A stretch of 64,000 nucleotides of DNA. Source: Faecousia sp. GTDB taxonomy: Bacteria > Bacillota > Clostridia > Oscillospirales > Oscillospiraceae. The DNA is taken from the NCBI GenBank assembly GCA_045632245.1, contig JAZQWI010000011.1:27850-91849 (forward strand). The letters run 5' to 3'. Below are positions 1 to 10,156 of this stretch, in pieces (position 1 is the first letter of the stretch; each line of letters opens with the position of its first letter). The notes beneath the pieces are model-generated. The model was not told the origin of the DNA and made no database searches. It worked only from the letters and a program-made list of their open reading frames with translations. The position numbers were made by a program, and so were the translations under genes.

Positions 1-47
1 AATGCTCAGCACAAGGCTCAGCGCCAGCAAATACACAAATACTTTTC

Positions 48-857
48 TCATTTTTGCACCTGCTCTTTCTTTTTGTCCGAGCGCAGCTGCAACAGATTCA
101 TGGTTACCATCAACACAAAAATCAGCAGGAAAAGCAGTGTAAACATGGCGTAAATCTTCGGAGGAATGGGCTTTTTGGTATAGCTGTAAATTTCCACCGG
201 CAAGGTCACAAAGTCCATACCGGATACGAAATAGCTGATTACAAAATCGTCAAGACTCATGGTAAACGCCATAATGGCGCCTGCCACCACACCGGGCATA
301 ATTTCGTGCAGGGTCACTCTGAAAAAGGACTGAATGGGGGTGCAGCCCAAATCCATGGCCGCGTCCGTCAGAGAATTGTCCATTTGCGTCAGTTTCGGCA
401 TCACATTCAAAATGACATAGGGCAAATTGAAAGTGACGTGAGCAATCAGCAAAGTCCAGAATGTCAGACTGTCCCGCTGTCCCAGCATCTTTGTGCCTAC
501 AAAAATAAACAGCAAAGACAAGGAAATACCGGTGACAATATCGGGGTTGGTCATGGGGATGTCCGTCAGGTGCATAGCCAACCGGCGCATTTTGGGCTTC
601 AAATTGCAAATGCCCAGCGCCGCCACTGTACCAAACACTGTGGCAATCCCACTTGCCAAAATGGACAACACAATGGAGTTGCCCAAAAGCCGCAGCATAT
701 CGCTGTCGCGGAACAGCTCCGCATATTGCTGAAAGGTAAAACCGTCAAATCTCGCTAAGCTCTTTCCTTCATTGAAAGAACCTACAATCAGCACCAGCAT
801 GGGCGCATACAGGAAAACGAAAATCAAGACAGTAATGATGCGGTTTGCTTTTTTCAT
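48..857 (-). CDS. potC: Spermidine/putrescine ABC transporter permease
   Basis: Hydrophobic ABC permease with DAAMDLG loop and SLDDFVIS motif; last gene of the potABC run. Confidence 0.9.
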   Translation of the reverse strand: MKKANRIITVLIFVFLYAPMLVLIVGSFNEGKSLARFDGFTFQQYAELFRDSDMLRLLGNSIVLSILASGIATVFGTVAALGICNLKPKMRRLAMHLTDIPMTNPDIVTGISLSLLFIFVGTKMLGQRDSLTFWTLLIAHVTFNLPYVILNVMPKLTQMDNSLTDAAMDLGCTPIQSFFRVTLHEIMPGVVAGAIMAFTMSLDDFVISYFVSGMDFVTLPVEIYSYTKKPIPPKIYAMFTLLFLLIFVLMVTMNLLQLRSDKKKEQVQK

Positions 858-1684
858 ACGACCACCACATCCTCTCCGTCAGAGCCGGTGAGCTTATTCA
901 TAATGCCGGTGCAAACAAACACCAGAATCATCAAAAGCAAGCTCAGCGCCGCGCCCAAATTGGCATTGTTGCCCTGCTTGAACATTCTTTCAATCACGTC
1001 GCCGATGAGCATTTCCGTGCCACCCAGCTTTTGAGAAATATAGAATGTAGACACCGCAGGCACAAACACCATGGTAATGCCGGACACGATTCCCGGCATA
1101 GACAGGGGAAGTACCACCTTCATAAAGGTTTCCACCGGACGGCAGCCCAAATCCTCTGCCGCTTCAATCAGCCGACCGTCGATTTTTACGATGATGGCAT
1201 AAAGGGGCAAAATCATATAAGGCAGGTAGTTATACACCATACCCAGAATCACCGCCCCGGGGGTGCGAATCAAAGACACGCGGGCAAGACCGATGGATTC
1301 TAAAAAGGTATTGATAATGCCGGTATCTTGAAGCAGTCCCACCCATGCCAAGGTGCGAAGCAAAAAGCTCATGCACATAGGCAGCATCACCAGCATATAC
1401 AAAAGCTTCTGCGCCAAAGGTCCCCGGTGGGCAATATAATACGCCACAGGATAGCCCAGCACCAGACACAGCAACGCAGAAATCACGGAATATCCGATGG
1501 AACGACCGAACACCGGCAAATAGACGCTAAGCTGAGAGATATTCCCCCAAGTAAATGCACCGGTATCCGGGTCAGTCAGCGCATAATATGCCACCACGCC
1601 CAAGGGAATTAAGGTGAACACCAGCATCCACACCACATAGGGGATGCTTAAAAGGGCAGATTTATTCTTCCTCATCGATGGCAT
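854..1684 (-). CDS. potB: Spermidine/putrescine ABC transporter permease
   Basis: EAAEDLG motif, [12 protein letters not shown]; between potA and potC; start may be 1675. Confidence 0.9.
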   Translation of the reverse strand: MPSMRKNKSALLSIPYVVWMLVFTLIPLGVVAYYALTDPDTGAFTWGNISQLSVYLPVFGRSIGYSVISALLCLVLGYPVAYYIAHRGPLAQKLLYMLVMLPMCMSFLLRTLAWVGLLQDTGIINTFLESIGLARVSLIRTPGAVILGMVYNYLPYMILPLYAIIVKIDGRLIEAAEDLGCRPVETFMKVVLPLSMPGIVSGITMVFVPAVSTFYISQKLGGTEMLIGDVIERMFKQGNNANLGAALSLLLMILVFVCTGIMNKLTGSDGEDVVVV

Positions 1685-2783
1685 CCTCCGTCAGCTCGTC
1701 ATACTCCGCAGAGTAGGAGCTGTAATCACCAAACATGCCGGAATATTCACTCTTTTTCATGATGTGAATATCCTCAGGGTTCAGCAAAATGCCAATGGTG
1801 GCGCCAACTGCCTGATAATCAGTGGTTTGAATCAGCCACTTAAAGCCCTTAAATTCTACGATAATATCGTAGTTTAAGCCCTTGAAGGTAACAGAGGTTA
1901 CTGTGCCAACTAAGTGTCCTTTGTCCGCAGGCACAATATCAATATCCTCAGGACGGATGACTACATCCACGCTTTCATTGGGCGCAAAGCCCTTATCCAC
2001 GCAGGTAAAGGTTCTGCCAAAGAAGCGCACCTTATAGTCTTCCAGCATAACGCCGTCCAAAATGTTACTTTCGCCGATAAAGTCCGCAACAAATGCGTTC
2101 TTCGGCTCGTTATATATATCCTCCGGCTTGCCGATTTGCTGAATTCTGCCCTTATCCATGACCACCACGGTGTCAGACATGGAAAGCGCTTCTTCCTGAT
2201 CATGGGTCACATACACAAAGGTAATGCCCATGGCCTGCTGAATCCGCTTCAATTCAATCTGCATATCCTTACGCAGGCGCAAATCCAAAGCACCCAAAGG
2301 CTCATCCAACAAAAGAACCTTCGGGCGGTTTACCAGAGCTCTTGCAATGGCCACACGCTGCTGCTGACCGCCGGACAGAGATCCAATGCGGCGATGACCG
2401 TAGCCTTTCAGGCTGACGATTTCCAGCATCTGATTCACACGCTCGGTGATTTCCTCCTTGGGAAGCTTTGCCACCCGCAGACCGAATGCGATATTGTCAA
2501 ACACATTCAAGTGAGGAAACAGAGCATACCGCTGGAACACCGTGTTAATCTGCCGGTCATAGGGCGGAACATCGTTAATCCGCGCACCGTCAAACATCAC
2601 GGTACCGGATGTAGGGGTCAAAAATCCGCCGATAATCCGCAAAGTTGTGGTCTTACCGCAGCCGGAAGGGCCAAGCAAGGTTAAAAACTCCTTGTCATTG
2701 ATATAAAGGTTAATTCCGTCGAGAATTTTCTCCTCGTCGAACTCCATGGTTAAGTCCTGGAGCCGGATGAGTTCTTTGGACAT
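1662..2783 (-). CDS. potA: Polyamine ABC transporter ATP-binding subunit
   Basis: Walker [17 protein letters not shown] signature, LLLDEP Walker B, TOBE-like C-terminus. Confidence 0.93.
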   Translation of the reverse strand: MSKELIRLQDLTMEFDEEKILDGINLYINDKEFLTLLGPSGCGKTTTLRIIGGFLTPTSGTVMFDGARINDVPPYDRQINTVFQRYALFPHLNVFDNIAFGLRVAKLPKEEITERVNQMLEIVSLKGYGHRRIGSLSGGQQQRVAIARALVNRPKVLLLDEPLGALDLRLRKDMQIELKRIQQAMGITFVYVTHDQEEALSMSDTVVVMDKGRIQQIGKPEDIYNEPKNAFVADFIGESNILDGVMLEDYKVRFFGRTFTCVDKGFAPNESVDVVIRPEDIDIVPADKGHLVGTVTSVTFKGLNYDIIVEFKGFKWLIQTTDYQAVGATIGILLNPEDIHIMKKSEYSGMFGDYSSYSAEYDELTEDAIDEEE

Positions 2784-2940
2784 TATCCTCCCCCGTTTCT
2801 TTTGAAAATTTCATCAAATTTTGACAAGTATAACTATATCGAAAAATCGTCTAATGTCAATGTTTTTATAAATTTTTTTACGAATTGCAGGTTTAGATTT
2901 TCCCAAAAATGGCAACACTTACCCTCGGAGGTGCTTCACA

Positions 2941-3603
2941 ATGAAAAACAAGAAAAATACAGGCAATGTATTTGGCGGCAAGGGCTACTACATAGCCCTG
3001 GCCCTGTGTGCAGTTGCCATCGGGGTTTCCGGCTATTTGTATTACCGAAATGCTAACAATACCAACCCTCAGTTAAACAATCCCACTGTCGATGTAGATA
3101 CCCAAACACCCGGCGATGATGTGCAAACCGTGGCGCCTAATCCCTCTGACACCGACACCGGTACAGGTAGCAACACCCAAACCAAACCGGCCATGAAAAC
3201 CGGCATGCCCGTATCGGGGCAAACCGTTGCCGGCTATGCAATGGACTGTCTGAGCTACAATCCCACCACGAGGGATTGGCGGGTGCACAACGGCATTGAC
3301 ATCGCCGCAGAAAGCGGCACGCAGGTCTGCGCTGCCGCCAACGGAACCGTTTATACCACCTATGAAGATGACACCATGGGTACAACCGTAGTCATTCATC
3401 ACGAAGGCGGCTATGTCACCAAGTATGCAAGTCTCAGCAAAGACTTATCCGTTTCTGCCGGAGATGTCGTCACCCTTGGACAGCCTTTGGGTACCGTTGG
3501 CAATACCGCCTTGGTGGAATCTGCCGTAGGTGACCATGTGCATTTCAGCGTCACCTGCAATGACGCGCCTATGGATCCCATGGCATTTTTAAGCCTAAGT
3601 TAA
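2941..3603 (+). CDS. M23 peptidase, SpoIIQ-like
   Basis: N-terminal TM, HNGID and HVHF M23 motifs. Confidence 0.8.
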   Translation: MKNKKNTGNVFGGKGYYIALALCAVAIGVSGYLYYRNANNTNPQLNNPTVDVDTQTPGDDVQTVAPNPSDTDTGTGSNTQTKPAMKTGMPVSGQTVAGYAMDCLSYNPTTRDWRVHNGIDIAAESGTQVCAAANGTVYTTYEDDTMGTTVVIHHEGGYVTKYASLSKDLSVSAGDVVTLGQPLGTVGNTALVESAVGDHVHFSVTCNDAPMDPMAFLSLS

Positions 3604-3698
3604 TTTGCTTTCTTCTTTTCTTTCCTCTTTGCGGAAAGGCCGCCTTCCGGCGGCCTTTCTGCTTAAAAAACAGGCGTGGAGACCCACGCCTGTTTTCC

Positions 3699-4814
3699 TT
3701 ATTCAAAAATCACTGCCGCTGCGGTGGGAACAATGCCAATATAGGTCGTACCTACACCGAAGGTCACGGGTATTCCGTTTTCAAAGGTATAGGTAAACGG
3801 ATCCGTAGCAGATGCTCTGCTCCACTTAATGGGCATCATCTGCCCATTGCACAGATAATAGCCTGTTCCGGAACCCACCGTCTCCACTGTTACCAGCGTA
3901 CTGCCGCTTTGGATGCTGCTGGGTGCCCGCAGCACCAGCACATTCCGGAATGCTACCTGCTTGCCGGTGTTGCCGTCCATGTAAGCGCTGCCGCTTCCGT
4001 GGGTATTGCCCGCTTGGAACGCAAAGTAGGTCTTGGTGGCTTCGTCATAGGTAAGCGTGGTGGATTTTCCGTCAGGATTGCTGCTCCAATTAAAATGCAC
4101 AGAAACCTTGTTGACTGCTGTACCCACATGCACCAGAGAATCATCAAAAGCCATGCCGTAGCTCTTTTCCTCTTCATAAGAAATCTGACGGTTTAACGAC
4201 TGTGCGTAAGGCAAGATCTTGCTGCCGGTCGCAAACCAGCAGTGATGTCCGGCATAGCCTGCATTGATACGGCTTTGGTCCTGGAAGAAACAGCTGCCGC
4301 CATTGCCGCCGTCAATATCGTCCATTCCGATGCTTCTCATGTAGCTCAGTGCCTCATCGCTGCCCCCGAAATGAAGATACAGCGCATTATAGCCCTGCGC
4401 CAGCTGCACATAATATTTCCGTGCGCTGCGAATGGATCCGATAGATCCCACATTACTCACATCGCTGTAAATGCCCATGCAGCGGGTTACACCGCCTTCG
4501 GCCAGCACCTCGTATACAATATCTGCCGCGCTGACGCCATGCTGAGGCATGGCCGCTTTGATGTTATTCAGCATGACCGCCACCGGCCGGCCTAAATACG
4601 GCTCTGCCAAGGCAGTACCGTTTAAAGGATTCTGATAAGGCAATACCGGCTCAGGGTCAGGCTCCGGCTCGGGATCGGGCGTTTCCTCCCCGCCCTGCTC
4701 TCCTCCGACATCAGAAGCCGGTGGATTTTCTTCCGGAGCCGGTGTCTCCTGCGCAGGCGCGCAGGCGCTCAAAAGCATCACCAATATCAACAAAAACGGC
4801 AAAATTCGTTTCAT
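3699..4814 (-). CDS. DUF3048-like lipoprotein
   Basis: Lipobox LLSAC, Pro/Glu linker, RPVAVMLNN and AEGGVTR motifs. Confidence 0.75.
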   Translation of the reverse strand: MKRILPFLLILVMLLSACAPAQETPAPEENPPASDVGGEQGGEETPDPEPEPDPEPVLPYQNPLNGTALAEPYLGRPVAVMLNNIKAAMPQHGVSAADIVYEVLAEGGVTRCMGIYSDVSNVGSIGSIRSARKYYVQLAQGYNALYLHFGGSDEALSYMRSIGMDDIDGGNGGSCFFQDQSRINAGYAGHHCWFATGSKILPYAQSLNRQISYEEEKSYGMAFDDSLVHVGTAVNKVSVHFNWSSNPDGKSTTLTYDEATKTYFAFQAGNTHGSGSAYMDGNTGKQVAFRNVLVLRAPSSIQSGSTLVTVETVGSGTGYYLCNGQMMPIKWSRASATDPFTYTFENGIPVTFGVGTTYIGIVPTAAAVIFE

Positions 4815-5025
4815 AAGTAACTTGTTCCTTTCCCGTGAAAACACAACACCTTGTGTTTTACCTTGCTTTGTAACCCATTATAGCAAATTTTCACAAAAAT
4901 GCAAAGGAAAAATTCCCCTCTGAGATATTTATGCGCGGGAATTCATTTCTAGAACCATACTGCAAACTATTTTGAAAAAAACCTTGTCTTTCTTCAAAAA
5001 ATCGAACATTTTTGCGAAATACTCC

Positions 5026-5054
5026 TTGACATTTTTTACTGCCTGTCTTATAAT
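5026..5054 (+). promoter_or_regulatory. Sigma-A promoter of the rpsF operon
   Basis: TTGACA-N17-TATAAT. Confidence 0.85.
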
Positions 5055-5059
5055 ACATA

Positions 5060-5125
5060 AGCCTGCGCGTGCAGGTAATCCTTGCTCACGGCGCGACCGT
5101 GGGCCAAAAGTCCAAAAGGAGGTGC
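5060..5125 (+). promoter_or_regulatory. Probable S6:S18 ribosomal leader RNA
   Basis: Structured leader between promoter and rpsF with pairing over the SD; position matches the known S6:S18 leader; fold not computed. Confidence 0.45.
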
Positions 5126-5132
5126 AAACAAC

Positions 5133-5429
5133 ATGGCTAAGATCACCGGTAAGTACGAGGTGCTTTACATTATCGACCCTGCTCAGGGCGAGGAAGGCAT
5201 CGCCGCACTTGTGGAAAAGTTCAAGGCAATGGTGGAAGCGGAGGGTACTCTGACAAACATCGATGAGTGGGGCAAGCGTCGCTTGGCATATCCCATCAAC
5301 GATCTGCCCGAGGGATATTACGTTCTGATGAACTACGAATCCAAGCCCGAATTCCCTGCCGAAATGGAGCGCGTTATGAAGATTACCGACGGTATTCTGC
5401 GCTGCCTGACCACCGTAGTGGAGGCGTAA
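5133..5429 (+). CDS. rpsF: 30S ribosomal protein S6
   Basis: KYEVLYII...WGKRRLAYPI; SD AGGAGG. Confidence 0.97.
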   Translation: MAKITGKYEVLYIIDPAQGEEGIAALVEKFKAMVEAEGTLTNIDEWGKRRLAYPINDLPEGYYVLMNYESKPEFPAEMERVMKITDGILRCLTTVVEA

Positions 5430-5433
5430 GATT

Positions 5434-5874
5434 ATGCTGAACCACATTACGATTATGGGTCGCTTAACCCGTGACCCCGAGCTTCGCCGGACCGGCAGCG
5501 GCATCGCTGTTGCCAGCTTTACCGTAGCAGTCGACCGCGATTTCAGCGGCAGAGACGGCGGCGAACGCGAAACCGATTTCATTGACTGTGTCGCTTGGCG
5601 TCAGACCGGAGAATTTGTCTCCAAGTATTTCACCAAGGGCTCCATGGCAGTGGTTTCGGGTCGGCTCCAGATTCGCAGCTGGACCGATAAGGACGGCAAC
5701 AAGCGCCGCACCGCCGAAGTTGTGGCAGACAATGTCTACTTCGGTGAAAGCAAGCGTAGCGATGCAGGCTCTGCTCCCGCTAGCAATGGCTTTGGCGGCG
5801 GTTACAGCGCGCCCAGCGCTCCCGCATCCGACTTTGCGATGCTGGACGATGACGACGCTCAGCTGCCCTTCTAA
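5434..5874 (+). CDS. ssb: Single-stranded DNA-binding protein
   Basis: GRLTRDPELR, acidic tail ending LPF. Confidence 0.97.
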   Translation: MLNHITIMGRLTRDPELRRTGSGIAVASFTVAVDRDFSGRDGGERETDFIDCVAWRQTGEFVSKYFTKGSMAVVSGRLQIRSWTDKDGNKRRTAEVVADNVYFGESKRSDAGSAPASNGFGGGYSAPSAPASDFAMLDDDDAQLPF

Positions 5875-5916
5875 ATCTTGAATTTTTCTACAACGCTTAT
5901 GAAGGAGGTTCATTCC

Positions 5917-6153
5917 ATGGCTAACGAACAGCATGTTCGCCCCCGCAAGCGCAAGAAGGTTTGCGCATTTTGCGTAGATAAGGCGACCGGCATCGATTAC
6001 AAGGACACTGCAAAGCTCCGCCGTTACCTGTCCGAGCGCGGCAAGATTCTGCCCCGCCGTACCACCGGTACCTGCGCAGCTCACCAGCGTGACCTGACCA
6101 GCGCCATCAAACGCGCCCGTCAGATTGCTCTGCTGCCTTACGTTGCTGACTAA
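5917..6153 (+). CDS. rpsR: 30S ribosomal protein S18
   Basis: CAFC...IDYKD...[10 protein letters not shown]. Confidence 0.97.
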   Translation: MANEQHVRPRKRKKVCAFCVDKATGIDYKDTAKLRRYLSERGKILPRRTTGTCAAHQRDLTSAIKRARQIALLPYVAD

Positions 6154-6164
6154 TACAACCATTC

Positions 6165-6197
6165 ACCCCCGAGGAAAATTCCTCGGGGGTGTTTTTT
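6165..6197. terminator. Intrinsic terminator between rpsR and convergent dacF
   Basis: CACCCCCGAGGAA/TTCCTCGGGGGTG hairpin followed by T-run. Confidence 0.85.
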
Positions 6198-7344
6198 ATG
6201 ATGCCGCCATGGCAACACGGCGCAGTACCTTAATGAATAATTCTCCCCATGTCAGCCGATTCACACTTTCCTCGGCAACCATAGGCACTTGCTTCAAAAT
6301 TTGCTGCCCCGCCTTGACTGTCAGCGTTCCCAAACGCTGCCCCTTACTCACCGGTGCGCAAACGCTTTGTTCCAAGGTCAGCTCTGTACGGATTTCATTC
6401 TTCTGAGATTTGTCAATCAGCAGGCTCGTTGCCTCTGCCGGCACAGCCTGCACCGCCGTTTCTTTTCCCAGCAGCACTTTTACGCTTTGGTTTCCCGTCA
6501 GTTCCGGCTCTACCAAAGCATAATTGGCAAAGCCATAATCCAGCAGCGTCTTACAGGCAGCAAACCGATCCTGAGAAGTTTCCGCCCCCATGACCACTGC
6601 CACCAAGGAAAGACCATCCCGCTGAGCTGTTGCCGACAGACAATACCCCGCGCCGGAGGTAAAACCGGTCTTTAATCCCGTGGCGCCGGGGTAAAAGCGC
6701 ACCAGCTTGTTGGTATTGGACAATCCGAATGCGCCACCCCGTACCGTATCCATCCAAATGGTAGTGAATTTTTGAATGTTGGGGTGTTTCATCATCAATT
6801 CTCGGGACATCACTGCAATATCATAAGCAGAGGTCACATGATTTTTGGCATCCTCCCCATCATCCAAGCCCGTACAGTTTACAAAATTGGTATCATTCAT
6901 ACCCAATTCCTTGGCCCGCTGATTCATGCGCTCCACAAATGCCGCTTCCGAACCTGCCAAATGCTCCGCCATGGCGCAGGCGCAGTCATTAGCGGAAGAT
7001 ACGGCAATGGATTTGACCATATCGGAAACCGTCATGGTCTCCCCCACCTTCAAATAAATCTGGCTGCCGCCCTTTGCCGCTGCCGCCTCGGAAGCCGTGA
7101 CGGTATCTTCCCAACGAATGATACCGGAATCAATGGCCTCCATAATTAACAGCATGGTCATCACCTTTGTAACGCTGGCAGGTGGCAGCGCTTCATGGGC
7201 ATTTTTTTCATATAATACTGTTCCCGTGGTCATATCCATCAGCAGCGCGCTCTTTCCGGCCACCTCCGGCTGCGCTGCTTTCACCGGCACAGACAAACAT
7301 GTGATCAGCATGCAAAATGCAAGCACCATTCCAAACCGTTTCAT
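6196..7344 (-). CDS. dacF: D-alanyl-D-alanine carboxypeptidase (DacF-like)
   Basis: Signal peptide, SVTK, SAN, KTG motifs. Confidence 0.85.
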   Translation of the reverse strand: MKRFGMVLAFCMLITCLSVPVKAAQPEVAGKSALLMDMTTGTVLYEKNAHEALPPASVTKVMTMLLIMEAIDSGIIRWEDTVTASEAAAAKGGSQIYLKVGETMTVSDMVKSIAVSSANDCACAMAEHLAGSEAAFVERMNQRAKELGMNDTNFVNCTGLDDGEDAKNHVTSAYDIAVMSRELMMKHPNIQKFTTIWMDTVRGGAFGLSNTNKLVRFYPGATGLKTGFTSGAGYCLSATAQRDGLSLVAVVMGAETSQDRFAACKTLLDYGFANYALVEPELTGNQSVKVLLGKETAVQAVPAEATSLLIDKSQKNEIRTELTLEQSVCAPVSKGQRLGTLTVKAGQQILKQVPMVAEESVNRLTWGELFIKVLRRVAMAAS

Positions 7345-7497
7345 ATTGACCCCTCCGCATATCTTGGTGGTACAGCCTATGCCCCTTGTCCCTAAAACAG
7401 AACTGCAAATTGACACCCCTGGCCGCTTGTTCTGTGGTAGACATTTCTTTTTTTCTATGCTACAATATAAAAAATTGTGTAAAGCGAGGGACTATGC

Positions 7498-9426
7498 ATG
7501 CCCAAAGTCATATTTCAATTAGAAGGCGCTGGGGAAGTGATCGCTGAGTGTAACCTTGGCGACAACCTGTTAGAATTGGCGCGCCGCGCCAATGTGGCCA
7601 TCGATGCCCCCTGCTCCGGCAACGGTTCCTGCGGAAAATGCCGCGTAAAGCTCATTTCCGGCGAAGTGAAAACTGTCAAAAGCCGTCATATTTCCGAAGA
7701 AGAATTTGATGCCGGCTGGCGGCTCAGCTGCAACTGCAAGGTACTGACCGACTGCACTGTGTTTGTGCCGGATATTGCCAGTGCCTATCAAAGCCGCATG
7801 AAAACCGCGGATTTAAGCTCCACAAAGGAAATTGCCATTTTTGAACATACCAAGCGGGAGCTTTTAAACAGCGGCATTGTCTTTAAAAACCGCTTTGCTG
7901 CGCTGGATCTTATTATGGACGCCCCCACCTTAGACGACACCATGCCCGACAATGAGCGGCTGGTTTGGGCCATTCAAGCGCAATCCGGTGCACAAGAAGT
8001 CAAACTGCCCTTCTTTGTGATGAAAAAGCTGGCAGCTACCCTCCGTGAACACGATTTTCATGTGTGCGTCAAGGGTCAGAAAATTGGCAGCGCCTTTCAT
8101 TGTATGGACATCTGCGCCCCCACCGACACCGCTTTGGTGGGCTGCGCCATTGACATTGGCACCACCACCGTCACCATGGTGCTGACAGATTTAACAACCG
8201 GCAAACTCCTTGCCAAAGGCTCTTCCGGCAACGGCCAAATTCGCTATGGCGCAGACGTGATTAACCGCATCATTGAGCAAGGGAAAGACGGCGGCAAGAA
8301 AAAGCTGCAAGATGCCATTATTAAAGAAACCTTGACTCCCATTATTGCCAATCTCTGCAAAACCGCTGGGATTTCTGCCCATAGCATTTTGCGGCTTTGT
8401 GTAGGCGCTAACACCACCATGAACCACCTGTTTTTAGGCGTGGATGCAGAGCCTGTACGAATGGAACCCTACATCCCCAGCTTCTTTGCATGGGATGGTC
8501 TGCTGGCCGGTGATTTAAAACTCCCTGCCAACCCTCTTGCCCCTGTGGAAATCGCCCCCAACATCGGCTCTTATGTAGGCGGTGACATTACCGCCGGCAC
8601 TCTGGCCTCCTGCATCTGGAACAAAGAGGAAATGAGCCTGTTTATCGATTTGGGCACCAACGGCGAGCTGGTGTTCGGCAATCAGGACTTCTTAATGAGC
8701 TGCGCTTGTTCTGCCGGCCCTGCCTTTGAGGGCGGTGACATTTCCTGCGGCATGCGGGCAACAGACGGCGCGGTGGAAGCCGCCACCATCGACAAAGAAA
8801 CCATGGAGCCTACCCTCTGCGTTATCGGCGAGGCAGGTCAAAAGGTCGTAGGGGTCTGCGGCAGCGGCATTATCGACATGATTTCCGAGCTGTTCCGCTG
8901 CGGCATCATCAATGCCAAGGGTCTGTTTGTCCGTGAAGGCAGCCGCATTTTGCGGGACGCCCACGGCATGGGACGCTATGTCCTCGCCACCGCCCAGGAG
9001 AGCGAGACCGGTCGGGAAGTTTCCATCAATGAAGTGGACATCGACAATTTTATCCGCGCCAAGGGCGCCATCTTCTCTGCCATTGACACGCTGCTGCAAA
9101 GCGTGGACATGACCATCGACATGATTGACAAGGTCTATGTCGCCGGTGGTATCGGCTCCGGCATCAATATGAAAAATGCCGTGAATATCGGTATGTTCCC
9201 CGATGTTGACCTTAATAAATTCCAATACATCGGCAACTCCTCCCTCACCGGCGCATACGCCATGGTGATAAGCGATGAAGCCATCGCCAAAACCGCAGAG
9301 GTTGGCGCAAATATGACCTATCTGGAACTGTCCAGCCACCCCGGTTATATGGACTCCTTTGTGGCCGCCTGCTTCCTGCCCCACACCGATGCCCGCCTGT
9401 TCCCCAACAGTGTTCAGGAGAAATAA
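7498..9426 (+). CDS. ASKHA-domain corrinoid reactivation ATPase (RACo/AcsV family) with N-terminal 2Fe-2S ferredoxin
   Basis: CSGNGSCGKC ferredoxin, DIGTTT, DLGTNGE, SAGPAFEG motifs. Confidence 0.88.
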   Translation: MPKVIFQLEGAGEVIAECNLGDNLLELARRANVAIDAPCSGNGSCGKCRVKLISGEVKTVKSRHISEEEFDAGWRLSCNCKVLTDCTVFVPDIASAYQSRMKTADLSSTKEIAIFEHTKRELLNSGIVFKNRFAALDLIMDAPTLDDTMPDNERLVWAIQAQSGAQEVKLPFFVMKKLAATLREHDFHVCVKGQKIGSAFHCMDICAPTDTALVGCAIDIGTTTVTMVLTDLTTGKLLAKGSSGNGQIRYGADVINRIIEQGKDGGKKKLQDAIIKETLTPIIANLCKTAGISAHSILRLCVGANTTMNHLFLGVDAEPVRMEPYIPSFFAWDGLLAGDLKLPANPLAPVEIAPNIGSYVGGDITAGTLASCIWNKEEMSLFIDLGTNGELVFGNQDFLMSCACSAGPAFEGGDISCGMRATDGAVEAATIDKETMEPTLCVIGEAGQKVVGVCGSGIIDMISELFRCGIINAKGLFVREGSRILRDAHGMGRYVLATAQESETGREVSINEVDIDNFIRAKGAIFSAIDTLLQSVDMTIDMIDKVYVAGGIGSGINMKNAVNIGMFPDVDLNKFQYIGNSSLTGAYAMVISDEAIAKTAEVGANMTYLELSSHPGYMDSFVAACFLPHTDARLFPNSVQEK

Positions 9427-9427
9427 T

Positions 9428-10036
9428 ATGGTCTTAGAAAATCACAAGGAAGAAGTCCCCTTTGCCCATTATGAGGCACTTTTTGCTAATTTAAATGCCG
9501 AAGAGGCCGCCCAGCGGCTGGGCGTTGCATGGGACGGGAAAAAGTTTTATGTAAACCTATTAGGTCGGGAATTTGCCATTTCTCACCCCACCTATGCCAT
9601 TTGCGCCACAGACGGGCAGGCGATTCCCCCTCTGCCCACCCAAACCTTCCTGCTTCGCTACTTGCTGGAAGGAAAGAGCGTCGCATGGCAAGGCAGCTGG
9701 AAAACCTTTCGGGAAATGCCTTGGGGCGAAATGTATATCAAGCCCTACACCGGTCGGGTGCTGACCCGCGCCGCCTTTACCTGCGGCACACGGCTTGCCG
9801 CTTTTCAGGCCGCTGCGGAAAAATTAGGCGCAGTACCACTTTCCCACGGCGATGCCGGTTATGAATTTACCCTCATTGGAAATTACCGGATGCAGATCCT
9901 CCTTTGGGAGGGCGACGAGGAATTTCCCCCCAGCGCCCAGATTCTCTACTCCGATAACTTCTCCGATGGCTTTGCCGCGGAAGATCGGGTGGTCGCAGGT
10001 GATATTCTCATCTCCATCATCAAAGCAAATATGTAA
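9428..10036 (+). CDS. DUF3786-like protein
   Basis: FREMPWG and LWEGDEEFP motifs; typical neighbour of RACo genes. Confidence 0.7.
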   Translation: MVLENHKEEVPFAHYEALFANLNAEEAAQRLGVAWDGKKFYVNLLGREFAISHPTYAICATDGQAIPPLPTQTFLLRYLLEGKSVAWQGSWKTFREMPWGEMYIKPYTGRVLTRAAFTCGTRLAAFQAAAEKLGAVPLSHGDAGYEFTLIGNYRMQILLWEGDEEFPPSAQILYSDNFSDGFAAEDRVVAGDILISIIKANM

Positions 10037-10156
10037 CTACCGTTATCAGCGCAGCAGCCAAATGGCTGCGGCGCTTTCCCGTTAAAAAACACCCTCTTGA
10101 TTTTTCTTTTAAAATATGTTACAATTTGTTACATATTTGGCAATATTTAGAAAGGG